From: Minisyncoccota bacterium
GTDB taxonomy: Bacteria; Patescibacteriota; Minisyncoccia; Phycocordibacterales; UBA12079
Assembly (NCBI GenBank): GCA_028689435.1
Contig: JAQTWD010000002.1
Coordinates: 1 to 48,970 of the forward strand
Direction of reading: 5' to 3'
DNA: 48,970 nucleotides
Shown here: one piece after another, positions 1 to 7,663 of the stretch
How positions within the stretch are numbered: the first letter of the stretch is position 1
How the letters are laid out: every line of letters begins with the position of its first letter
The notes under the pieces: generated by a model
Databases searched by the model: none
What the model saw: the letters and a program-made list of their open reading frames with translations, nothing else
Told to the model about the DNA's origin: nothing
Translations under genes and position numbers: made by a program

Positions 1-147
1 TAGCGGTTTTTTGTTGTTTTTATTATATAAATTGACAATGTTGCTTAATTATGTTAATATTGTAGATAGGAAATAAGGGTGTTTTTAAAAAAACGCCTAA
101 AAATTTTTGAAAAACTTAAATGTCCGCAAAACAAACGAGGAGACAAC

Positions 148-408
148 ATGAAGATAAAAGAATACATAAAGGACGTGTGCTTTGAAGACACATCAGCCTC
201 AGTAAGGGCTGGAGATTCAATGCCCGTGGTAATGTTGGCGATATGTGCCGACATGTTCACTCTCGGAAAACTAGCAGGTTTTCTACTTTTAATGGTAGGT
301 TTAACCCCTCTCTGGATTTTTTGTTTGGTGATGTATCCTGTTTGTAAGTTCACCGAAAAATGGTTTGTCGGTGGCAGAGAGAGTTACCGAGGAGGCGGAA
401 GAAGGTGA
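148..408 (+). CDS. small hydrophobic protein, hypothetical (G+C-richer island)
   Basis: ATG at 148 is preceded by GAGGAG (caaacgaggagacaacATG). A TTGACA/TAATAT-type promoter lies at about 32-60. A hairpin terminator follows at 429-457. The central region is hydrophobic. No family recognised. Confidence 0.45.
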   Translation: MKIKEYIKDVCFEDTSASVRAGDSMPVVMLAICADMFTLGKLAGFLLLMVGLTPLWIFCLVMYPVCKFTEKWFVGGRESYRGGGRR

Positions 409-428
409 CGAGCGAGTAATCGCCCGAG

Positions 429-457
429 ACAGCCCGTATTAAAACGGGCTGTTTTTT
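429..457 (+). terminator. rho-independent terminator
   Basis: ACAGCCCGT/ACGGGCTGT stem followed by a T-tract. Confidence 0.7.
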
Positions 458-546
458 ATTTCCATTTTTTGCCAATATGTACAACTTTGATGGTCGTCAA
501 TTTCATACACGTCATTAAAAACTTGCACTGACAAACAACACCAGCC

Positions 547-616
547 GTCATTGCGAGCGAAGCGAAGCAATCTATGTCGTTTTCGTTCTGGATTGCTTCG
601 CTTCGCTCGCAATGAC
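547..616. repeat. perfect 26-bp-stem inverted repeat (GTCATTGCGAGCGAAGCGAAGCAATC family)
   Basis: Arm 547-572 is the exact reverse complement of arm 591-616, with an 18-nt loop. Related GATTGCTTCG...CGAAGCAATC hairpins lie at about 21250-21320, 25141-25170, 40069-40195 and 40795-40900. Confidence 0.9.
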
Positions 617-785
617 AACAGAAGTGAAAAATTTCCCATAAATCTCACACCCTAAATCATTTTTTCCAAATTCTCTTACTCCTTACACCTTTCACCTTAT
701 CCCTTACTCCTACTCCTTGATACTTCGTTCCGTTATCCACTTTATTCATTTCAAAAAATGCACAATTTCAAGTAAAATATATCTA

Positions 786-1322
786 ATGGCTTTTATAGAC
801 CCACAAAAAAATATTGAACAATTTGGATTGGAAAAAGGAATGATGGTCGCTGATTTAGGTGTTGGTTCTGGTTTTTATACTATTTCTGCTTCAAAAAAAG
901 TGGGGGAAGATGGCAGGGTTTATGCTATAGATGTACAAAAAAATCTTTTAGAAAAACTTCAAAAACAAGCCGAGACCGAGAGGATATTCAACATAGAATA
1001 TATCTGGGGAGATGTAGAAAAATTGGGGGGAACAAGGCTTGCAGACTCTTCTGTTGATGCGATTATACTATCCAACATCTTATTTCAAATAGAAAACAAG
1101 GAATTGCTTGCATCCGAAATAAAAAGAATCCTGCGACCAAATGGCAGAGTTTTGGTAGTTGATTGGTCTGATTCTTTTAACAACATGGGTCCAACAAAAG
1201 AAATGGTTTTTAATGAACAACAGGCAGAAGATTTTTTTATCAACAAAGGATTTGTTGTTGTTAAAAAAATAGAAGCAGGAGAAAATCATTACGGGATAAT
1301 TTTTAGAATGAAAGAGAAATAA
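786..1322 (+). CDS. class I SAM-dependent methyltransferase
   Basis: Motif I VADLGVGSGFYT and the downstream ILSNILFQ / LRPNGRVLVVDW pattern typical of Methyltransf_11/25 folds. The start is set at MAFIDPQ because the upstream ORF extension runs through a repeat. Confidence 0.75.
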   Translation: MAFIDPQKNIEQFGLEKGMMVADLGVGSGFYTISASKKVGEDGRVYAIDVQKNLLEKLQKQAETERIFNIEYIWGDVEKLGGTRLADSSVDAIILSNILFQIENKELLASEIKRILRPNGRVLVVDWSDSFNNMGPTKEMVFNEQQAEDFFINKGFVVVKKIEAGENHYGIIFRMKEK

Positions 1323-1478
1323 TTAATTAGTAAATATTAAAGCGTGTAGTGACGAGTTTGAAAATACCTATATTAAATATCGTTTGAATTTTTATAAAAA
1401 TTCAAACGACTCAAATTTTTTCAAAATTTGATTTAACAGGGTCATATTTTTCTAACTCGCTTCGCTCATAAGAAAAAT

Positions 1479-2768
1479 ATGACAAATTTTCAAATTGTAC
1501 TTACAGGAATATTCGTTTTCTTTATTATGGTAGGGGTTGTTTTATTTGCCACATTTGGAAAAGGTGGTAGTTCTGATTCGGTTGGGTCTGTTACTATTTG
1601 GGGAACAATGAACAAAGATTTGATGAATCAGATTTTGGATAAATTAAAAAATGAAAGCGACAATATTTACGACGGAGTGACGTATCAACAAATTGACGAG
1701 AAAAATTTTAATCAAGAACTGGCCGAGGCAATCTCTTCAGGAAAAGGTCCGGATATTTTTATGTTGCCTCAAGACAGCATCGTAAAGCACGAGAGTAAAA
1801 TATTTGCAGTGCCTTATGATACCTATTCAATGCGTGATTTTAAAGACAGATTTATAGAAGAAGGGGAATTATATTTAACAAACGAAGGCATCTTGGCTTT
1901 TCCTTTTACCATTGACCCGATGGTGATGTATTGGAACAGAGATATTCTTTCAAAAAACGGTATAGCAATAGCACCAAAATCTTGGGACGAGTTTTTTGCT
2001 CTTAGCCAAAAAGTGACCGACAAAGACCAAGACTTTAATATTTTTACTAGTTTGGTTGCACTGGGTGATTATCAAAATATTTCTCACGCAAAAGAAATTA
2101 TTTCTACCTTGCTTATGCAAACTGGCAACACAATTGTAAAAAGAACCGATGATTCTTTTGATGTAACATTGTCACAAACCGCCGGAAATGAAATTTCTCC
2201 AACAGAAGAAGCATTAAGTTTTTATACTCAATTTTCAAATCCTGTAAAGCCAGTTTATACATGGAACAGAGCATTACCAGATTCAACAAAATCATTTTTA
2301 GCAGGTGATTTGGCTCTTTACTTTGGTTTTGCAAGTGAGCTATCACAGCTTCGAACAAAAAATCCAAACCTAAATTTTGATGTCGCGATGATGCCACAAG
2401 CGGGAAGTGGGAATGTGATTACTTTTGGAAAAATGTATGGATTGGCAGTTGTGAAGGCTTCAAAAAATATAGGGGGTTCATATAGTACTATTCAAGCCCT
2501 TACAAATGACACGGTTTTGATACATTTAGCAGAGCTGACAAATCTTCCTCCTGTATCACGGTCCCTTTCTTCAACCGAAGTAGAAGACCCATATTTGGAT
2601 GTGTTTTATAAATCCGCTCTTATTTCAAAAGCGTGGTTGGATCTGAACAAAGATGAGACGGATGCAATTTTTAATGCTATGATAAATTCAATTATATCTG
2701 GAAGAAAAAAGATTTCCGAGGCAATACAACAAGCAGAAGATGAAATGATTTCTTTAATTACAAGATAA
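1479..2768 (+). CDS. membrane-anchored extracellular solute-binding protein (ABC SBP family 1-like)
   Basis: N-terminal TM helix followed by GKGPDIFMLPQD and MVMYWNRD motifs typical of SBP_bac_1-type binding proteins. No permease or ATPase gene is adjacent. Confidence 0.6.
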   Translation: MTNFQIVLTGIFVFFIMVGVVLFATFGKGGSSDSVGSVTIWGTMNKDLMNQILDKLKNESDNIYDGVTYQQIDEKNFNQELAEAISSGKGPDIFMLPQDSIVKHESKIFAVPYDTYSMRDFKDRFIEEGELYLTNEGILAFPFTIDPMVMYWNRDILSKNGIAIAPKSWDEFFALSQKVTDKDQDFNIFTSLVALGDYQNISHAKEIISTLLMQTGNTIVKRTDDSFDVTLSQTAGNEISPTEEALSFYTQFSNPVKPVYTWNRALPDSTKSFLAGDLALYFGFASELSQLRTKNPNLNFDVAMMPQAGSGNVITFGKMYGLAVVKASKNIGGSYSTIQALTNDTVLIHLAELTNLPPVSRSLSSTEVEDPYLDVFYKSALISKAWLDLNKDETDAIFNAMINSIISGRKKISEAIQQAEDEMISLITR

Positions 2769-2912
2769 AAAAAATATAATACGAATACTACAAATTATAT
2801 CCGAATACCCCGAATTACGAATTATCCGAATTTTATTCCTACTAATATAATTCGATTTGTAGTTGTTTGTAGTATTCGGATAAATTCGTAGATTCGGATT
2901 ATACATAAAAAT

Positions 2913-3320
2913 ATGAAAAAACATTTTTCAAAAATTTATTCTTTGGGTTTGTGGGGGATATTATCTATTCCTGTTTTAGCGAAAGCGTGGAGTCCTCTCA
3001 ACCCATCAATTTTGCCAAATTGTGCCAGAACACAGAGTGCTTCTCCGGATGGATGCCATTGGTCTGATTTAATAACATTAATGGATAACATTTTAGATGT
3101 CTTCATCTGGCTATCTATCCCAATCGCTACAATTTTGTTTGCATGGATCGGCTGGACACTGATAGTAGAAGGAAACAAATCAAGTGCTGTTTCAGCAGCA
3201 AAGGGAAGAATAATATCTTTGATAAAAGGAATGTTTTTTATTCTTGCATCGTGGCTTATCGTAAAAGTGATTGTGAGTATCTTGGCAAAACCAGAATATT
3301 ATCAAGACTTTTTAAATTAG
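2913..3320 (+). CDS. TrbC/VirB2-like (T4SS-pilin-like) small membrane protein
   Basis: Signal peptide, then two hydrophobic helices separated by a short charged loop (EGNKSSAVSAAKGR). Tandem paralogue of the next ORF. Family assignment is from memory of the CPR 'T4SS pilin' architecture. Confidence 0.45.
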   Translation: MKKHFSKIYSLGLWGILSIPVLAKAWSPLNPSILPNCARTQSASPDGCHWSDLITLMDNILDVFIWLSIPIATILFAWIGWTLIVEGNKSSAVSAAKGRIISLIKGMFFILASWLIVKVIVSILAKPEYYQDFLN

Positions 3321-3346
3321 TTTTAAAAAAATAATTTGTTTTAATT

Positions 3347-3694
3347 ATGAAAAAATATATTTTATTAATAAGCGCACTTCTAATAATTCCTTTAAATTTT
3401 GCTGACGCCCTTAGTACAACAGGAATAGATAATCCCTTAAATGCCAGCTCCATTCAAGGACTGATTGATTTAATAATCAAAGCAATGATTGAAATAGGAA
3501 CACCGATTGCAATTTTGTTCCTTATTTATTCCGGATTTTTGTATGTAAAAGCAATGGGGAAGCCAGCTGAAATTACAAAAGCAACACAAGCATTTACATG
3601 GACACTCGTAGGTATCGCTGTTTTGTTAGGGGCGTCTATTTTAGCAAAAGTTATTGCGGGAACGATTAATCAGTTGGGGGTAGGGGTGCTATAA
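3347..3694 (+). CDS. TrbC/VirB2-like (T4SS-pilin-like) small membrane protein
   Basis: Signal peptide (…NFADA), two TM helices flanking KAMGKPAEITKATQ, 115 aa. Same architecture as 2913-3320. Confidence 0.5.
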   Translation: MKKYILLISALLIIPLNFADALSTTGIDNPLNASSIQGLIDLIIKAMIEIGTPIAILFLIYSGFLYVKAMGKPAEITKATQAFTWTLVGIAVLLGASILAKVIAGTINQLGVGVL

Positions 3695-3785
3695 AAAATT
3701 TAAAAGTTAAAAATCAAAAGTCAAAATTACAATTAAAAAAAAGCGGTTGTAAGGACGAACCCTTGCAACCGCTTTTTCCTGTGTG

Positions 3786-4247
3786 TCACCGCATCTTGCT
3801 GATACGGAATGACACAACAGGATTACCAACTCTTGTGTCCGGCGGTAACTTCATGTCGAAGTACCGACAGCCTGTGTTACTAAAGATCTCTTTGGGACTG
3901 TTTATGTTCCAAAGTATCACTTCAGCACCGTCCAGCCCCTCCAGAGCATTTGCGCACCGGACATAAACACGGTCGTCACTAATGTTCTGATCAACAAAAT
4001 TGAACCATCCCCAGTGACCTTTAGGTACATGCACCGGCTCCGCTAGCCATTCGTCTTTCGCCGGATACACGAACTCCTCGCGATCCGGGTTGATTGTTTC
4101 CAGATACGCCCTTGGCCATTCAACCTTGGGGGTTGCTGACTCGGGAGAATCTTTTGTACAACTCGGCATCGGAAGTGATGCCGTCAAAATTACGATAACC
4201 AATAAAACGACTATTGTCGTCGGCCATCCCCATGTAATTGTTTTCAC
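3786..4247 (-). CDS. membrane-anchored/secreted hypothetical protein, coupled to the SPFH gene (G+C-rich island)
   Basis: GTG start overlaps the upstream TGA stop (GTGA). The SD GAGGAGG lies inside the upstream gene's last codons. N-terminal TM helix followed by a Cys (…LPMPSC). No family recognised. Confidence 0.6.
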   Translation of the reverse strand: MKTITWGWPTTIVVLLVIVILTASLPMPSCTKDSPESATPKVEWPRAYLETINPDREEFVYPAKDEWLAEPVHVPKGHWGWFNFVDQNISDDRVYVRCANALEGLDGAEVILWNINSPKEIFSNTGCRYFDMKLPPDTRVGNPVVSFRISKMR

Positions 4248-5377
4248 GGTTTACCTCCTCTTATTTGAGCACCTGCGACAGAACCCTTGGTGAAATCTCC
4301 AGCATTACCGTCAACAGTGATGACGGTCCTTTTATTTCTTTCGGCCTGGATTATTTTAGCCCTTTCAGACCCGTCCATTTCTTTCCAAACCTTTTTCCCT
4401 TCTTCAAGATCTCCGCCCCCGAGAAGTATCCAAAACAATTCCTGCTGAATAGTTTCCGATTTGGTTTGGGCAATCTCAACGTCCCTTTCAGCATTAGCGT
4501 CAGTAATCTCCTTCGGGATGGCAACTTCTGTAACCATTGCCTTCTTGATTGTCAAGCCCCATTCTTGGGCCGTTTCTTTGATACCGCCGACATCAATTTT
4601 TGAAAAATCTTCTGTCGGGTCTTTGATTAAACCCAAGACCATTGCTTCTGCAACGACCCTGTCTGTATCGGTTGAAGTGTGATTAACAATTTTATCAAGG
4701 GTTGTCCCCTCCAGAAGTTCTGAAAAAAGTCCTTTCACTCCGGGAAGTTTAACAACCTCAACCATGTTGGCAAGCCAGCGGATGTTTCTGCCAATCAAGC
4801 CTTCGAGCGCCTTAACAGCATTATCCATTCTTAAATAAGCGTATGGATTGCTTATAAAAAATTGAATCAACGTATCAACGCTCGCCGTCTTGTTGTCAGA
4901 CGACAAAACCCCTTTAATTTCGGGATCCATCGTCTGCTCCTTCAAAGAAACCTCCACAAAATCCATAAAAGGCTTGGGAAGGATCCAGCTATAGCCACCC
5001 GGGAGTAAAAACAAATTCGATAAATCACCCAGTATCATCGGCACGCCGACATGCACAGGGGGAATCTCGCGAATCCCATTCCACCCGAAAACCATCAAGA
5101 TCGCCAGTGCTGCGAGCACCGAGGCAATGATGCCACGAATGGTGAAACCACCGGTGAAATTGGTGACGATAATAGTCGCCACGAAAATCAACCCCGCGTT
5201 GAAAGCAATACCCACCAAAAACGTGGTAAGCCTACTAATAGGCTTTTTTACCTTTGCCGGCTCCTGTGTAGGTGCCGGTATTGGTGTTGGCACAGTTGGT
5301 GCAGGTGTTGGTGGCGTAGGTGATGTAGACGAAGGTCGACTTATCAGACTCCATGCATTCTTCAAAAAATTTTTCAT
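4244..5377 (-). CDS. SPFH/band-7 (prohibitin/flotillin-like) membrane protein with a Pro/Thr-rich N-terminal linker
   Basis: AGGAGGAG SD lies before ATG 5377 (MKNFLKNAW). PTPPTPAPTVPTPIPAPT linker, TM segment, then an SPFH-like core and a C-terminal charged E/K/A-rich region (ERDVEIAQTKSETIQQE). G+C-rich relative to its flanks. Confidence 0.6.
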   Translation of the reverse strand: MKNFLKNAWSLISRPSSTSPTPPTPAPTVPTPIPAPTQEPAKVKKPISRLTTFLVGIAFNAGLIFVATIIVTNFTGGFTIRGIIASVLAALAILMVFGWNGIREIPPVHVGVPMILGDLSNLFLLPGGYSWILPKPFMDFVEVSLKEQTMDPEIKGVLSSDNKTASVDTLIQFFISNPYAYLRMDNAVKALEGLIGRNIRWLANMVEVVKLPGVKGLFSELLEGTTLDKIVNHTSTDTDRVVAEAMVLGLIKDPTEDFSKIDVGGIKETAQEWGLTIKKAMVTEVAIPKEITDANAERDVEIAQTKSETIQQELFWILLGGGDLEEGKKVWKEMDGSERAKIIQAERNKRTVITVDGNAGDFTKGSVAGAQIRGGKP

Positions 5378-5500
5378 AACCACTCCTCCTTGGTCCTTTA
5401 CGGACACAAAAGTATATTGTTTTGTCAAAAATGACACTATTTCTACCTACAACTATACTATACAAAACCCTATTTAGTCAAGAGCAAACAACAAAAATAC

Positions 5501-5529
5501 TTGATTTGTCAATAGTGGTGTTATATAAT
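5501..5529 (+). promoter_or_regulatory. sigma70-type promoter for rnpB
   Basis: TTGATT, 17-nt spacer, TATAAT. The P1 helix of the RNase P RNA begins about 8 nt downstream. Confidence 0.55.
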
Positions 5530-5562
5530 GTCTTTGTTCTTTGATATTGGATAATTGTGCAA

Positions 5563-5702
5563 TCGTTCCTCGTTGCGCTGGCGCGCAAGTATAAAGTAGT
5601 AAGGTGTAAGTAGTAAGAAACGAAAAAATTTGCGAAGCAAATTTTTTACTTACTCCTTAATCCTTACACCTTGTTACTTGCTTCGAGCTTGGCGAGGAGC
5701 GA
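5563..5702 (+). repeat. hairpin insertion 1 in rnpB (P3 position)
   Basis: TCGTTCCTCG...CGAGGAGCGA closing stem. The interior is a long 'GTAAGTAGTAAG / CTTACTCCTTA' hairpin. Near-identical to insertion 2. Confidence 0.8.
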
Positions 5703-5726
5703 TTGTAAGGAAAGTCCGAACACTCG

Positions 5727-5868
5727 GTCGTTCCTCGTCGCGCTGGCGCGCAAGTATAAAGTAGTAAGGTGTAAGTAGTAAGAAACGAAAAAATTTGCTT
5801 CGCAAATTTTTTACTTACTCCTTAATCCTTTCTCCTTATTACTTGCTCCGAGCGTAGCGAGGAGCGAC
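5727..5868 (+). repeat. hairpin insertion 2 in rnpB (just 3' of the CR-I/P4 strand)
   Basis: GTCGTTCCTCG...CGAGGAGCGAC closing stem. Direct near-duplicate of 5563-5702. Confidence 0.8.
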
Positions 5869-6022
5869 AAGGGTAGCGGGTAACACCCGTCAAAAGTGAT
5901 TTTAGAGGTGCGAGCAGAGACGCTTAAAATTGAAAAATTTTAAGAACCCCTCGGGGTTAGTTTTTATGGAAACATAAAAAGTGAAACGGCTAAATCCTTA
6001 CCTGAGTGCAAGACCGTATCTA

Positions 6023-6235
6023 GTCGTTCCTCATTACATTCGGAACGAAATTTTTAATTTTTAATTTTTAATTTCTAAACAATGATTAAATTTAAAAATG
6101 TTTTAATTTTTAAACACAAAATTTGCTTTGGCAAATTTTGTCGTCCTGGTGTTTAAAAATTATTTCATTAAAAATTGTTTGAAAATTAAAAATTAAAAAT
6201 TAAAAATTTGAGGTCCGAGCGTAGCGAGGAGCGAC
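6023..6235 (+). repeat. hairpin insertion 3 in rnpB
   Basis: Same GTCGTTCCTC...CGAGGAGCGAC closing stem. The interior is built from AAATTAAAAATT-type words forming a long AT-rich hairpin. Confidence 0.75.
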
Positions 6236-6344
6236 TGGGGGAGTCGCTAGAGTTTGTTGGCAACAACAATCCCAGATAAATAATTATCGTCCGTCAATTG
6301 ACGGATACAGAATTCGGCTTATAGATATCAAAGAATAATTAAAT

Positions 6345-6380
6345 CAAAAATCCGCGCTAAACCGCGGATTTTTGATTTTT
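6345..6380 (+). terminator. rho-independent terminator after rnpB
   Basis: AAAAATCCGCG / CGCGGATTTTT stem followed by a T-tract. Confidence 0.7.
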
Positions 6381-6562
6381 TATTTTCTAAAAAACACCAG
6401 TGATATAAAAATTTTGACTACAAATCATACGGTCGTATAATTTGTAGTCAAAATTTTTTTGTTTCTTATGAATTAACCCTTACACCTTAATACTTGCGCG
6501 ACAGCGCTAGGTATTCACACTTTTTTTTAGTTTTTAAAATTTTGCGTTGTATAATAAGCTCA

Positions 6563-7660
6563 ATGCATAGAAAAAATGTGGATAAAATATTTTTGATTAT
6601 TGTAGGATTATTAATTTTGTCCGGTTTTTTTATATTTTCATCTGCATCTCTCGGGCTCTTAACACGAGAGGGGGCGAGAATGTCTTCTATTATGTTTAAC
6701 CAAATAGCCTTGGGCCTTGTTTTGGGATTAACTGCGATGTTTGTTACATCCAGAGTTCATTATATGCATTACAGAAAATATGCTTTTTATATTTTTATTT
6801 TTGCACTTATCCTAACCGCGATGGTCTTTGTCCCTTTTTTAGGAATGGAACATGGGGGAGCAAAAAGATGGATTGAAATAGGTGGACAAACATTCCAACC
6901 ATCAGAACTTTTGAAACTAGCCTTCGTCATTTATTTATCAGCATGGCTAGCTAGTGTAAAAGGTATGATAAAAAAATTAAGATATGGTGTTTTCCCATTA
7001 CTTGGGATGATAATCATAAGCGGTGCGGTGATATTGAAACAACCAGATACGGGAACATTTCTAGTTTTGGTTATTGCTGGATTTTGTATGTTTTTTGTAG
7101 CCGAAGCAAAATGGAGTCATTTGTTTGGTTTAGTAGGATTATCATTAGCAGGAGCAGGTGGATGGATAATGACGAAACAGTATGTATTACAGAGAATCAT
7201 CACTTTTTTTAATCCATCCGCAGACAGCTTGGGAGCAGGATACCAAATAAAACAGTCTCTTATTGCTGTTGGATCAGGAGAATGGTTTGGCAGGGGATTT
7301 GGAAAAAGTATCCAAAAATTTAATTATCTTCCAGAACCAATTGGAGACTCTATTTTTGCAGTCACAGCAGAAGAATGGGGATTTGTTGGCTCGGTTTTTC
7401 TGATATCACTATTTCTAGCTTTTGCTTTCAGAGGATTTCAAATTGCATCAAAATCGGACAGTAATTTTGGTAGACTATTGGCGGTTGGAATTGTTATACT
7501 GATAGTATCCCAATCGTTTATCAATATGGCTTCAATGTTGGGAATTTTTCCTTTAACAGGAATACCTCTGTTGTTTGTCAGCCACGGGGGAACAGCATTG
7601 TTTATTACATTATTAGAAGTTGGAATTATTTTAAATATTTCCAGATACCAAAAAAGATAA
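6563..7660 (+). CDS. ftsW: SEDS-family peptidoglycan polymerase FtsW/RodA
   Basis: Multi-TM protein with QPSELLKL, GYQIKQSLIAVGSGEWFGRGFG and PLLFVSHGGT motifs. Directly upstream of murG. Confidence 0.85.
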   Translation: MHRKNVDKIFLIIVGLLILSGFFIFSSASLGLLTREGARMSSIMFNQIALGLVLGLTAMFVTSRVHYMHYRKYAFYIFIFALILTAMVFVPFLGMEHGGAKRWIEIGGQTFQPSELLKLAFVIYLSAWLASVKGMIKKLRYGVFPLLGMIIISGAVILKQPDTGTFLVLVIAGFCMFFVAEAKWSHLFGLVGLSLAGAGGWIMTKQYVLQRIITFFNPSADSLGAGYQIKQSLIAVGSGEWFGRGFGKSIQKFNYLPEPIGDSIFAVTAEEWGFVGSVFLISLFLAFAFRGFQIASKSDSNFGRLLAVGIVILIVSQSFINMASMLGIFPLTGIPLLFVSHGGTALFITLLEVGIILNISRYQKR

Positions 7661-7663
7661 TTT

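Larger units (their letters stand above)
5537..6336 (+). ncRNA. rnpB: RNase P RNA (bacterial type A-like) with three large hairpin insertions
   Basis: GGAAAGTCCGAACAC (CR-I) at 5709-5723 and ACAGAATTCGGCTTATAG (CR-V) at 6307-6324. P1 pairs TTCTTTGATAT (5537-5547) with ATATCAAAGAA (6325-6335). A P8-like GGTAGCGGGTAACACCCGTC is present and a terminator hairpin follows. Ends are approximate. Confidence 0.85.

Noticed and set aside
439-648. A 69-aa minus-strand ORF (…RHRLLRFARNDGWCC…).
   Set aside because: It is read entirely through the 26-bp perfect hairpin repeat and the preceding terminator. It has no RBS or promoter, and the peptide is a repeat artefact.
6040-6215. Periodic AAATTAAAAATT repeats that could suggest a CRISPR array or a tandem-repeat locus.
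   Set aside because: The units are about 6-12 nt with no spacers. The two halves are mutually complementary and form the stem of rnpB insertion 3. This is not CRISPR architecture.
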